Part shown: piece after piece, positions 8,409 through 17,495 of the stretch
Numbering within the stretch: position 1 is the first letter of the stretch
Layout: each line of letters begins with the position of its first letter
Source of the DNA: an uncultured Gammaproteobacteria bacterium
Lineage (GTDB): Bacteria; Patescibacteriota; Patescibacteriia; UBA9934; GWF2-40-263
Length of the DNA: 64,000 nt
Direction of reading: 5' to 3'
Assembly: GCA_964402425.1 (NCBI GenBank)
Contig: CAYOCD010000001.1
Location: forward strand, 4,349-68,348
Notes under the pieces: generated by a model
What the model was told of the DNA's origin: nothing
Database searches by the model: none
What the model saw: only the letters and a program-made list of their open reading frames with translations
Program-made: the position numbers and the translations under genes

Positions 8409-8479
8409 GTGAATGTGAAATGATGGCAGAAAAACAATTGTCTCTGTTATTATTTTTCTCCCCATCATTTCACATTCAC
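8409..8479. repeat. Perfect 18-bp inverted repeat with a 35-bp spacer, upstream of tRNA-Gln and downstream of dnaX
   Basis: GTGAATGTGAAATGATGG at 8409-8426 and CCATCATTTCACATTCAC at 8462-8479. It is flanked by small hairpins CACAAACC-GAA-GGTTTGTG and CCACC-GGA-GGTGG. It also explains the mirror-image ORFs 8220-8486(-) and 8405-8716(+). Confidence 0.6.
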
Positions 8480-8602
8480 CTACCACCGGAGGTGGAGGCC
8501 ATTCCCGAACGAAGCGACACGGATATTGCCTCGCAATATCCGGAAGCCAGCCCGTTTCTTTCGCGCGAGAAATATACCAACCCTTCAGGTCTTCGTCAAT
8601 CG

Positions 8603-10219
8603 CTACGCCACGCTCCCACCAAACGCATCCATGAGCGAGGACACAACCTCATCCTTTTCTTTTGCTTTACCGAGCACAGCGTGAATTCTGACAGCTCTTC
8701 CAAGCACGCGCTCTAAAATACTTTCAACAAGTTTGCGGTTTTTTTCTTTGTTCACGGTCTGTACGTATAAATCATATTCAAATGCGAGTTCAACCATATC
8801 CCCGCCAACACTGTTTACTTCACACGCTTGTAAAAACAACGGAAGTGATGCGTTGCATTCTTGAACTTGTGCAAAAACCTCCGGCCATTTACGACGTACT
8901 TCATCTACACTTATCACAGGAACACTGTCAAAAACCTGTTCCGTTGTTGTAAGCGGTTGTCTGTGCACCGGTTCAAGAACCAATTGATCTATCATTTCCA
9001 TCACAGGAACGGTTGTTTCTGTTTCTGTGATGGGTTCTAATGTGACACGTGGTACCTCAACCACAATCGCTTCAACAGAAGGAGGTATCACCGGAATCGT
9101 TTTAACAGATCCACGCACTGAATCAACCCCCGACAACTTGAAATCCCCCGTGCTTTTTACCCTTTCCGCCCTTTCCCCTCCCCCTAAACACAATTCCACA
9201 ATCGCAAGCTCAGCTGGAAGTTGTGGAATCTCATCTGTGCGCATGTGACGACGTGCCGTTAGAAACAAATCAATCGCACAGTTCAAAAATGACATGCGAT
9301 CAGAAGCTTTTGGATCTGCAACGGACGCAAGTAACTGATCACGCAAAGTAGAAATAACATCATCCAAAAAATGCATGAGATCAACACCTTGTTCAATATG
9401 TGCATTCAATTGACGAATCGCTATTGCGGCGTCCCTCTTTGCAAGGGCATCTATAAAATCATTTACAAGAACATCTGTTGTCATGGGCAGCACGAGAGAG
9501 GCAACATCCATACTGATATCCCCCTCATCCAGAGACAAAATTTGCCCGAGCATGCTTTCTGCATCTCGCTCTGACCCTCCGGAGTGTTTTGCAATTCCCA
9601 AAAGGACACTCTCATCAACGTTCCGCTTTTCTTGTTTTGTGATGGATGCGAGTCGTTCGACCATGGCATCTTTGGAAATCTTTTTAAAATCGAAACGCTG
9701 ACAACGACTGAGAATGGTTGCGGGAACTTTATGAATTTCTGTTGTGGCGAGAATGAAGAGGGCGTGTGCCGGCGGCTCCTCTAATGTCTTCAGAAGCGCG
9801 TTAAATGCGCTTGTTGAGAGCATGTGTACCTCATCGATAATGTACACTTTTTTCTTGAGAACACTGGGGGCAAATCTAACATTGCGAATGATGTTCTCGC
9901 GCACATTATCAACGTCCGTATTTGATGCCGCGTCAATTTCAAACACATCCATCGCTTTGCCACTTGTAATTGCAAGACAAGCTTCACATGCATTACATGG
10001 TTCAGCATTATTTCTGTTATCGCAATTCACGGCCTTTGCAAGTAAGCGTGCAACGGTTGTTTTTCCGATTCCGCGTGGGCCCGTAAAAACATACGCATGC
10101 GAAACAGAACCAGACATAATCTGGTTCTGAAGTGTTTGTGTCACATGCGTTTGACCTGTGACATCGGAAAAAACAGAGGGACGATACGTACGATAGAGAG
10201 CCAACATAGGAGATTCCAA
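8603..10219 (-). CDS. dnaX: DNA polymerase III subunit gamma/tau
   Basis: Walker A GPRGIGKTTVARLLAKAVNC, a zinc-binding CDNRNNAEPCNACEAC segment, the DEVHML Walker B and the SRC motif (TILSRCQRF). Confidence 0.9.
   Translation of the reverse strand: MESPMLALYRTYRPSVFSDVTGQTHVTQTLQNQIMSGSVSHAYVFTGPRGIGKTTVARLLAKAVNCDNRNNAEPCNACEACLAITSGKAMDVFEIDAASNTDVDNVRENIIRNVRFAPSVLKKKVYIIDEVHMLSTSAFNALLKTLEEPPAHALFILATTEIHKVPATILSRCQRFDFKKISKDAMVERLASITKQEKRNVDESVLLGIAKHSGGSERDAESMLGQILSLDEGDISMDVASLVLPMTTDVLVNDFIDALAKRDAAIAIRQLNAHIEQGVDLMHFLDDVISTLRDQLLASVADPKASDRMSFLNCAIDLFLTARRHMRTDEIPQLPAELAIVELCLGGGERAERVKSTGDFKLSGVDSVRGSVKTIPVIPPSVEAIVVEVPRVTLEPITETETTVPVMEMIDQLVLEPVHRQPLTTTEQVFDSVPVISVDEVRRKWPEVFAQVQECNASLPLFLQACEVNSVGGDMVELAFEYDLYVQTVNKEKNRKLVESILERVLGRAVRIHAVLGKAKEKDEVVSSLMDAFGGSVA
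9160..9190. repeat. Dispersed pyrimidine-rich repeat, copy b, in frame inside dnaX
   Basis: CCCTTTCCGCCCTTTCCCCTCCCCCTAAAC. On the coding strand it encodes the LGGGERAERVKS linker. Confidence 0.6.
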
Positions 10220-10250
10220 TCACAAACAAAAATGACGCATGACGTTCCGA

Positions 10251-10871
10251 TTATCTTCCAATAACCCGCTCAAGAGCCGCCCATACGGATTTTCCGCTTC
10301 CGGGCACAAGAATAACTACTTCATCTCCTGGTACGCCCTTATGATACGAAACGCTTGCTTGTAGAACTTTATACACGTCTTCTCCAACGATGACAATCGG
10401 GGTGTTACTAACGGAATCAACCCCCAAAAGCCCCGTCATTCGACGTCTTTCCGTTGGGGCAATTTGTTTATACACATGCCTTCCGTCCGGCGTCACAATC
10501 AATTTCATCATGTCTCCTTCTACTAATTTGGACTTAGATGCATAATTTTCTGGAACCGCATGACGAAGCCCAGCTGAAGTCACCACAAACATTCCATCAA
10601 AAATACCTTCATGGGTACATGCTCCCGTTTCTTGTTCCACTGTTTGTTCAAACGATTTTTTTCCCATGACAAAATTCACCATTTGGCGTGTAGCACGTGT
10701 TGTGTCGCCATCTTCTAAAAGCTGAATCACATGTGTCATGGATTGTTGAACCTGTTTCAACATCTGAAGAGCGAGTTTTGAGCGAACATCTAGGTCTGCC
10801 GCACGCGGCACAGAGCCTGTGTGCGATGTATCCGGCTCAGAGGCGAATTCGATTTCGTCTTCATCGTTCAT
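10251..10871 (-). CDS. Hypothetical protein (206 aa) adjacent to the VirB4-like ATPase
   Basis: ORF with an acidic N-terminus and a repeated GDxxxLxVxPDG-like beta-rich C-terminus. No family assigned. Confidence 0.4.
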   Translation of the reverse strand: MNDEDEIEFASEPDTSHTGSVPRAADLDVRSKLALQMLKQVQQSMTHVIQLLEDGDTTRATRQMVNFVMGKKSFEQTVEQETGACTHEGIFDGMFVVTSAGLRHAVPENYASKSKLVEGDMMKLIVTPDGRHVYKQIAPTERRRMTGLLGVDSVSNTPIVIVGEDVYKVLQASVSYHKGVPGDEVVILVPGSGKSVWAALERVIGR

Positions 10872-10891
10872 ATGTTTTTTTATTTTTGTTT

Positions 10892-13540
10892 TTACCCTTC
10901 TCCAAACGGAGAAGGTTGTGGGGCGGATTGATTCAAAGAGGTTCGTTCTAAAATTTCCTCTTGAACAATCTGTCTGTTGCGTCCGTATTTTAATCGAGAT
11001 AATTCTTTAATCGCCTCCGCAAGTTTTTTATCTCCTTTTGGCGCTTGAAAAATATTCATGGTGAATGGTTTCATTTGCGCGTTATCAACGATCATTTTTA
11101 CGTACCACGTATACTTGTCCGAGTTCATGAGGTCATAGCCCGTAAAATCCGGTGTGTAAATTTTTTCAAATACCTCTACATCTTCTGGTCCGATACGCGC
11201 CACAAATTGTGTTCCAACGTTTCCAAACACCGCGTCTTTGATCTTTGTATCGTTATTTTTAACAAGCTGTCCTACGTACTGGTGAGCGATAATCAAATTT
11301 AAGCGATACTTACGTGCCTCAGACAAAATAGTCGCAATGGAGTCTGTAATAAAGTTCTGAAACTCGTCAATGTAAAGATAAAAATCATGTCGATCTTCTT
11401 CTGGGATATCTGCACGACCAAGTGCGGCCATCTGAAGTTTTGAGACGATGATGAGTCCGAGCAACTCCGAGTTTACATCCCCTGTCTTTCCCTTTGAAAG
11501 GTTGACGAGCAAGATCTTTTTCTGATCCATGACTTCTCTGAAGTCAAACGCGGACTTTTGTTGTCCGATGATGTTTCGCATCATTTCGTTTTCCACAAAT
11601 CGACCAACCTTTGAAATCAAATACCCGAGCATTTCTGATTTGTGAAAATCTGACGTCTTATCGACTTCATTCTCCCAAAACGACTTCACAACCGGATCTG
11701 TTAATTTTGCACGCCACATTTTTTGAAATGCCTCATCCGACACCATGCGCGGGATTTCTGCGATCGTTCCACACTCATTTGGATCGCTCATGAGCGTTAA
11801 CATGAAGTTACGCATGTTATGCTCAAACATTGGACCGATCATCTCTGGCGGAAACAACTTATAAAAAATAGCGATCATTTCCTGCACGGCAAAATCCTTC
11901 ATGCTTTCATCCTTCACTTCAAGCATGTTGAGTCCCATGGGACGCTCAAGATCTGACGGATTAAACACAATCACATCGTCAATGCGTTCACGTGGAATAT
12001 TTTGAAGGATGCGTTCAATCAAATCTCCATGTGGTTCCACAACCGCAACACCATGTCCCGCCTTAATATCCTCAAGCGCATAGCGTGCGATGGTTTCCGA
12101 CTTACCCGAACCAGACTTACCAATAATGTACATGTGACGAGAACGATCTGCTGCTTTCATCCACACTTCCGTCTTCACTCCTCGATACGTGTTATATCCA
12201 AGCTGGATATCTCCGCGTCCTGGACCATCAGGAACACCTGTTGGAACCGGACCTTTGCGAGCAATCAACCATTCAATGTTTGGTGTTTCCGTCCAAGCAA
12301 GCGGAAGATGCCAAACACTCGCCATCTCTTCCGCATTCATGACAATTTTGGATTTATGCTCAAATGTTCGATAAATAAATTTTTGCACGACCTTCTTCTC
12401 TGAACCTGGAAATACTTTTACGAATGAATTTCCGTACTCATACACATTGTATTGCGAAAACGCATTTAACATGTTTTGCATGAGCATTTTTGCGGATGAT
12501 ACGTTTGTTGAAGAAGCAATCAAGCGAACACAGACATCCATTCCAGCCTTACTTGCTTTCTCTTCAAGACCTTTTATAACTTCCTCTTCTTGTGGTCCAA
12601 GTCTATAATCTTTTTTCTCAACCTTTTCTTCTTTACTCACAATTCCAGAAAGTGTTGCGAATTCCCCAATAAAACCCTGTGATTTTTTTTTCCCTGCAAC
12701 AGCTTCACTCATCTTCATTCCTTGTTGCATGCGACGTGCAATTTCAATTCCACGCGCGCGCCATGAGCTCCGTGCAGAACGTACGATAAACTGAAAAGCA
12801 CCCCCGTCTTCTTCTGGAAGTTTTGAAAAGACGTTTGTAAGAGCGTTCAACGGGTCTTTATCAAGCTTTTTATATGTTTTAATTGGAAACGCACTTTCAC
12901 GTTTAAACGACAAATAACTTCCAAGAATAACTCCTTTTGGATGAAAAATATTGTAATCTTCTACCTCTTCCACGTGTGCAAACGGAAACGCGGAACTGAT
13001 TTGCTGTTCCGCAAACTCTTTATATTTAACGGGGGCGATCAAAAAAAACTTGATCAATTTTTTTTGCACCACAATTTCAAAAGAAAATTCATCTGTTCTT
13101 CCGTGTAGCCATGCATGAAATCCTTTTTCTGCTTTTAATCCACCAATAGCCGCAAAAAAAGTCTCTGCTGCCGCAATAGCCTCCTGCACCTGTTCTTTTT
13201 GTGGACCACGCTGACTTTCTTCTTCATGACGAAACTTAGGAAGGGTTACTTGTAAAATAACCTTATGAAAGGTTTTACTACGAAGTGTGGTGAAGTTGTG
13301 AAGAATATATCTATAAAGAAGCAACCCTAACAAAACAAGAGCTCCAACACCAAGCGCAGCAAAAATGATGTATGCATATGTTAAATCAAATTCCACCGCA
13401 TTGGTCGCGACGGAAAGTAATTCATCTTCTGCTTGAAATCCAAGGGCAAAAAGTATCACATTATAGATTGGACCCTCGTTTTTTTTCTTCTTCTGAGACA
13501 AGCAAAATTTTATCCGTCTTAATTTTTGCCTCTTGTTCAA
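10892..13540 (-). CDS. Membrane-anchored P-loop ATPase of the VirB4/TraG/HerA-FtsK type (AAA_10 / DUF87-like), 882 aa
   Basis: N-terminal TM helix AYIIFAALGVGALVLLGLLLY, Walker A IIGKSGSGKSETIARY and a Walker B-like YLYIDEFQNF / NLIIAHQYVGQL. The start is uncertain because it overlaps the 13461-13994 ORF by 80 nt. Confidence 0.6.
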   Translation of the reverse strand: MNKRQKLRRIKFCLSQKKKKNEGPIYNVILFALGFQAEDELLSVATNAVEFDLTYAYIIFAALGVGALVLLGLLLYRYILHNFTTLRSKTFHKVILQVTLPKFRHEEESQRGPQKEQVQEAIAAAETFFAAIGGLKAEKGFHAWLHGRTDEFSFEIVVQKKLIKFFLIAPVKYKEFAEQQISSAFPFAHVEEVEDYNIFHPKGVILGSYLSFKRESAFPIKTYKKLDKDPLNALTNVFSKLPEEDGGAFQFIVRSARSSWRARGIEIARRMQQGMKMSEAVAGKKKSQGFIGEFATLSGIVSKEEKVEKKDYRLGPQEEEVIKGLEEKASKAGMDVCVRLIASSTNVSSAKMLMQNMLNAFSQYNVYEYGNSFVKVFPGSEKKVVQKFIYRTFEHKSKIVMNAEEMASVWHLPLAWTETPNIEWLIARKGPVPTGVPDGPGRGDIQLGYNTYRGVKTEVWMKAADRSRHMYIIGKSGSGKSETIARYALEDIKAGHGVAVVEPHGDLIERILQNIPRERIDDVIVFNPSDLERPMGLNMLEVKDESMKDFAVQEMIAIFYKLFPPEMIGPMFEHNMRNFMLTLMSDPNECGTIAEIPRMVSDEAFQKMWRAKLTDPVVKSFWENEVDKTSDFHKSEMLGYLISKVGRFVENEMMRNIIGQQKSAFDFREVMDQKKILLVNLSKGKTGDVNSELLGLIIVSKLQMAALGRADIPEEDRHDFYLYIDEFQNFITDSIATILSEARKYRLNLIIAHQYVGQLVKNNDTKIKDAVFGNVGTQFVARIGPEDVEVFEKIYTPDFTGYDLMNSDKYTWYVKMIVDNAQMKPFTMNIFQAPKGDKKLAEAIKELSRLKYGRNRQIVQEEILERTSLNQSAPQPSPFGEG

Positions 13541-13994
13541 GAAAAAAACGATTTACACCTGGGATCGTTTTGAGCCAAGCGCGGATCAGTTGAAAAATTT
13601 TTTTAACATTTACATGCGCAGCACGCACAAGTTCTCGGACAGCAGAGAGTGTTTCTTCTCCTTTTTGACGAAACATTGCTTGATTCTCTTTTGGCAAAGC
13701 CAAATAAAGATCTTTTAAATCTTCTTCCAAAATTTCTTCAATTTCTTGCGTAAACCGATCCTTTGCGGGTTTGTGTACAGCAACAGGAGCGGGTGGTGGA
13801 GGGAGGTTTCTCTCAACACGCACAGATTGCCCCATTTGCATTTCTTGTTCTTTTGGTTGTTCTTTTTCTTTCTTTCCAACAACCTCAACAACCGGAGAAA
13901 CTTCCGGTGTGATGAGTTGATTTTGCGCAACTTCTGGTTGTGCAAGAATCACTTCTTTTGACGGTTCTTTTTTTACAGCAGAGATCGGATCCAT
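13461..13994 (-). CDS. Hypothetical Lys/Glu-rich protein with a Pro-rich segment (177 aa)
   Basis: ORF only. Contains NLPPPPAPVAVHKP and a charged, coiled-coil-like C-terminus. Confidence 0.35.
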   Translation of the reverse strand: MDPISAVKKEPSKEVILAQPEVAQNQLITPEVSPVVEVVGKKEKEQPKEQEMQMGQSVRVERNLPPPPAPVAVHKPAKDRFTQEIEEILEEDLKDLYLALPKENQAMFRQKGEETLSAVRELVRAAHVNVKKIFQLIRAWLKTIPGVNRFFLEQEAKIKTDKILLVSEEEKKRGSNL

Positions 13995-14009
13995 ATCACG
14001 ATCATTGTA

Positions 14010-15386
14010 TCACATTTCACGTACCTTCTGTCCGTCTGATTTATCCTCAACAATAAATCCTAATTTTTCAATCTCTGTGCGCAGACGATCAGACTCCGCA
14101 TAGTTCTTTTCTGATCGGGCCATCGCACGCATATCAAGAAGATGTTGCACCTCAACAGGGATTTCAACAGACTTTCCAATAAATGACTGAAGGTTCAACC
14201 CAAGCACCTGATCAAACTTCAAAAGAGATTCTGCTTTTGCAGACGTTGACTCATGAGAATCAACCAGTTGCCACAAAATCGACAATGCTTCTGGTGTATT
14301 CAAATCATCATTCAATGACGCAAGAAATCGCTCCTCAAATTCAGCACAACCCATCTTTGGAGCATCCCACGACCGAACCGTTTGACGCAAACGATTCAAC
14401 GCATTCTGCGCCCCCTCAAGAGACTCCCATGTAAAATTCAACTTTGATCGATAATGCGCTTGCAAACACAAATAACGAAACGCAAGTGGATCAAATCCCT
14501 TCTGAATCAGCTGATCGATTGTGTAAACATTCCCGAGGGACTTGGACATTTTGCCGCCATCTACCGTAATAAACTCATTGTGCATCCAGTAGTTTGCTTC
14601 AAGCTCCCCTTCTGCACCCTGCGTCTGCGCGATCTCATTTTCATGATGAACGGCAATGTGATCGATTCCGCCTGTGTGAACATCAAACGGAACACCGAGA
14701 TATTTTTTTGACATGGCAGAACATTCAATGTGCCAACCGGGGAATCCAACACCCCAAGGCGACTCCCATTCCATTTCTCGTTTTACATCCAAAGGACTGA
14801 ACTTCCAAAGCGCAAAATCTGTTGCATTTTTCTTTTCTCCCATATCCACACGAGATCCCGCTTGTTTCTCTTCTGATCGTTGACCGGATAGCCGACCATA
14901 GTCCGGCAACTTTGACGTATCAAAATAAATCCCATCAGAAGTTTGGTAAGTAAATCCATTCTTTTCGAGCTGAGCGATCATTTCTATCTGTTCACGTATG
15001 TGATCGGTTGCACGTGGATACCTTGTAGCAGGAGTGATATTTAATTTCTCAAGATCTTGGAAAAAAGCTTGCGCATAAAATTCCGCAATATCATAAGCCG
15101 TTTTACCTTCACGCATCATGGCAACAATCATTTTGTCTTCTCCTTCATCACCATCACCAACAAGGTGTCCAACATCTGTGATATTCATCACTTGTTCAAC
15201 GGTAAATCCATTAAATCTGAGTGTACGACAAAGCACATCTGCAAACAAAAAAGCTCGCATGTTTCCAATATGTGCAAACCAATAAACGGTCGGGCCACAT
15301 GAGTAAACACCGACAGTATTTGGGTGAATCGATTGAAATTCCTGTTTTGATCTAACGAGAGTGTTATAAAACAACATACGAAGCAA
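14010..15386 (-). CDS. cysS: Cysteine--tRNA ligase
   Basis: Class I HIGH motif (CGPTVYWFAHIGNMRAF), KMSKS motif (GGKMSKSLGN) and Zn-binding Cys residues. Confidence 0.9.
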   Translation of the reverse strand: MLRMLFYNTLVRSKQEFQSIHPNTVGVYSCGPTVYWFAHIGNMRAFLFADVLCRTLRFNGFTVEQVMNITDVGHLVGDGDEGEDKMIVAMMREGKTAYDIAEFYAQAFFQDLEKLNITPATRYPRATDHIREQIEMIAQLEKNGFTYQTSDGIYFDTSKLPDYGRLSGQRSEEKQAGSRVDMGEKKNATDFALWKFSPLDVKREMEWESPWGVGFPGWHIECSAMSKKYLGVPFDVHTGGIDHIAVHHENEIAQTQGAEGELEANYWMHNEFITVDGGKMSKSLGNVYTIDQLIQKGFDPLAFRYLCLQAHYRSKLNFTWESLEGAQNALNRLRQTVRSWDAPKMGCAEFEERFLASLNDDLNTPEALSILWQLVDSHESTSAKAESLLKFDQVLGLNLQSFIGKSVEIPVEVQHLLDMRAMARSEKNYAESDRLRTEIEKLGFIVEDKSDGQKVREM

Positions 15387-15452
15387 GTATAGCAGAAAGA
15401 CAAGGAGCAGGAAAAAGAAAATCGACTCATGATAAGTCGATTTTTTTATCCG

Positions 15453-15878
15453 TTATTTTGCAAACGCAACAGACCCTTCACGCACATCCACATACACAGC
15501 TCTGTCAACAGGAACCATTCCAATCATTTTGACAGCGTGTTGAATATTATCAAGAGATTGCGCTTGATGAATTTCTAATTCAGATTGTTGATTTGCGACT
15601 GAAAGCTCATGAATCGTTGTTTCCAAATCGCGGATTTGATACCCCTTGGATGTTGTACTGTTTACTTGCACAATATATGCCAAACAAACAATCAACAGCA
15701 CAGCAAATGTAACAATGTTTACACGTGTAACATTTGTCGTGATCCAAAGCGGAAGCGAACTTGCTCGAAATGGTCGAGCTAATTGATACGTAAGCGATGT
15801 TTGAGCGAATGGGGACATAGCGTGGGGGGCTCCTTTTATTTTTGTTTTATATTTTGATGGCGACCCGGAGTTTTGCAC
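15453..15878 (-). CDS. FtsL/FtsB-like septum formation protein (start uncertain)
   Basis: A single TM helix followed by a short coiled coil (IRDLETTIHELSVANQQSELEIHQAQ). It sits directly downstream of rsmH as in dcw clusters. The annotated N-terminus overlaps the rsmH 3' end. Confidence 0.45.
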   Translation of the reverse strand: MQNSGSPSKYKTKIKGAPHAMSPFAQTSLTYQLARPFRASSLPLWITTNVTRVNIVTFAVLLIVCLAYIVQVNSTTSKGYQIRDLETTIHELSVANQQSELEIHQAQSLDNIQHAVKMIGMVPVDRAVYVDVREGSVAFAK

Positions 15879-16722
15879 TTCTCGATCGAGGATTTGCTTT
15901 TATTTCCTCACGAGACGGGGCAACAGGACGCTTTGTCAACATCTCCAAATTGGGATGTGACTTAAAAAACTGTTTGACGATTCTATCTTCCAGTGAATGA
16001 AACGTGATGATTCCAAGGCGTCCACCGAGCGCAAGTGCATCCACGCATTGTGGAAGAGCACGCTCAAGTTCACCAAGTTCATCGTTCACGGCAATGCGGA
16101 GTGCTTGAAACACCTTTGTTGCCGGATGAGTAGGTCCGTGTTGATGCACAACGGTCGTGACAAGGTTTGCCAAGTCGGTTGTTGTATCAATTGCGGTGTG
16201 TCGTCGAGATTCGACAATCACACGTGCAATGTCTGCCGCACGAACTTCTTCTCCATAAATACGAAAGATACGCGCCAACGATTCCTCGCTCCACTCATGC
16301 ACAATTTCTGCGGCAGTGACTTCCGACGTCGGATCATAGCGCATATCAAGCGGACCTTCCTTCATAAAAGAAAATCCACGAGACGCATCTTCAATGTGCA
16401 AACTGGAATATCCTAAATCTAGAAGCATTCCATTTGCCCGATTGAAATCATGCGCGCGTGCAAGCTCGGAAACATTGGCATACGAATCGTTTACATAAAC
16501 GATTTTATCGCCATAATTTTCTAAACGCTCACGAGCGATTGCGAGATTGACTGGATCTCGATCGATTGCGAGAAGACGGCCCCCAGGGAGGATGCGTTCT
16601 GCGATGGCAGATGCATGCCCTCCCTGCCCCACGGTTCCGTCAATAAAAACCTGATTCGGCTCCGGTTGAAGGTAGGTCAATACCTCCTCAAGTAAGACAG
16701 GAATATGTTGGATCTTGGTCAT
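15847..16722 (-). CDS. rsmH: 16S rRNA (cytosine1402-N4)-methyltransferase
   Basis: DGTVGQGGHASAI, LLAIDRDP and DLGYSSLH motifs characteristic of MraW/RsmH. Confidence 0.9.
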   Translation of the reverse strand: MTKIQHIPVLLEEVLTYLQPEPNQVFIDGTVGQGGHASAIAERILPGGRLLAIDRDPVNLAIARERLENYGDKIVYVNDSYANVSELARAHDFNRANGMLLDLGYSSLHIEDASRGFSFMKEGPLDMRYDPTSEVTAAEIVHEWSEESLARIFRIYGEEVRAADIARVIVESRRHTAIDTTTDLANLVTTVVHQHGPTHPATKVFQALRIAVNDELGELERALPQCVDALALGGRLGIITFHSLEDRIVKQFFKSHPNLEMLTKRPVAPSREEIKANPRSRSAKLRVAIKI

Positions 16723-16867
16723 ATATTCTTCTGCCCCCTTTTATAGCCGGGAGAAAGTATTTGTCATCCTGAGCGACTATTTTCTGTTTAGCTGAAGAAT
16801 CTCGCGTTAGCATAAGATTCTTCGCTTTGCTCAGAATGACACAGACACACTCTCCCGGCTCTCCGAG

Positions 16868-17299
16868 TTATACACCGAGCTCTCCGAGTTGCTCCGCAAC
16901 CGACTCTGCATCCTCCTCCATCTTGGATTTATACGCGTTCCATGATGTTTCGTCCCAAAGTTCGAGACGTGTGTAGAGTCCAGCGATGACAACAGACTTT
17001 TGAAGCCCTGCGTATACTCGGAGATATTCCGGCAACATGACTCTTCCCTGCTTATCAACCTCCACGTCCATAGCACCCGCAAGCATGAGTCGGGCGAAAG
17101 CGCGTGAATTTGATTGCCCCAGGGGCAAACTCGCTAATTTTTCAGCGAGCTTATCCCACTCCTCCTTGGGGAACAGAAAAAGAGACGTATCGAGACCTCG
17201 AGTAACGACCGCACCCTTTGATAAATCTGCACGAAATTTAATGGGAATCGCTAAGCGACCCTTTTCGTCGATTGTATGTTTATACTCGCCTATAAACAC
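16868..17299 (-). CDS. mraZ: Transcriptional regulator MraZ
   Basis: 143 aa with the two tandem SpoVT/AbrB-like halves: MFIGEYKHTIDEKGRLAIP and VEVDKQGRVMLP. Confidence 0.9.
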   Translation of the reverse strand: MFIGEYKHTIDEKGRLAIPIKFRADLSKGAVVTRGLDTSLFLFPKEEWDKLAEKLASLPLGQSNSRAFARLMLAGAMDVEVDKQGRVMLPEYLRVYAGLQKSVVIAGLYTRLELWDETSWNAYKSKMEEDAESVAEQLGELGV

Positions 17300-17368
17300 A
17301 GGGGGTACGATTTAAGTGGTGGATTATTTTTTAGAAAATAAAGTGAGCACCGGATGTTCATCCAGTCC

Positions 17369-17432
17369 CCACTCTGTACCACTTGCAACCATTTTAAACC
17401 ACCAAGAACCACGGGTCAACACAATGTTCCAC
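17369..17432 (-). promoter_or_regulatory. Putative MraZ operator: phased GTGG repeats upstream of mraZ
   Basis: CCAC (GTGG on the gene strand) recurs at 17369, 17379, 17399, 17409 and 17429, a 10/20-bp phasing that resembles the MraZ-box direct repeats described upstream of mraZ in other bacteria. Confidence 0.4.
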
Positions 17433-17495
17433 TCTACTGTGGATAACCTAACAAAAAAAGAATCGTATTGATTCTTTTTGATTTCACATCTGAAT

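Noticed and set aside
8220-8716. Overlapping ORFs 8220-8486(-) and 8405-8716(+) with mirror-image peptide motifs (CEMM...SFHIH)
   Set aside because: They are created by the 18-bp perfect inverted repeat and overlap the tRNA-Gln gene and its terminator, so they are not coding.
1621-15453. Idea that the 14-kb stretch between ftsI and ftsL is a mobile-element insertion
   Set aside because: No integrase, transposase, relaxase or direct repeats at the ends were found. The content is mostly housekeeping genes (dnaX, cysS). Only the tRNA and the high-GC gene hint at locally acquired DNA, so it is reported as a synteny observation rather than a mobile element.
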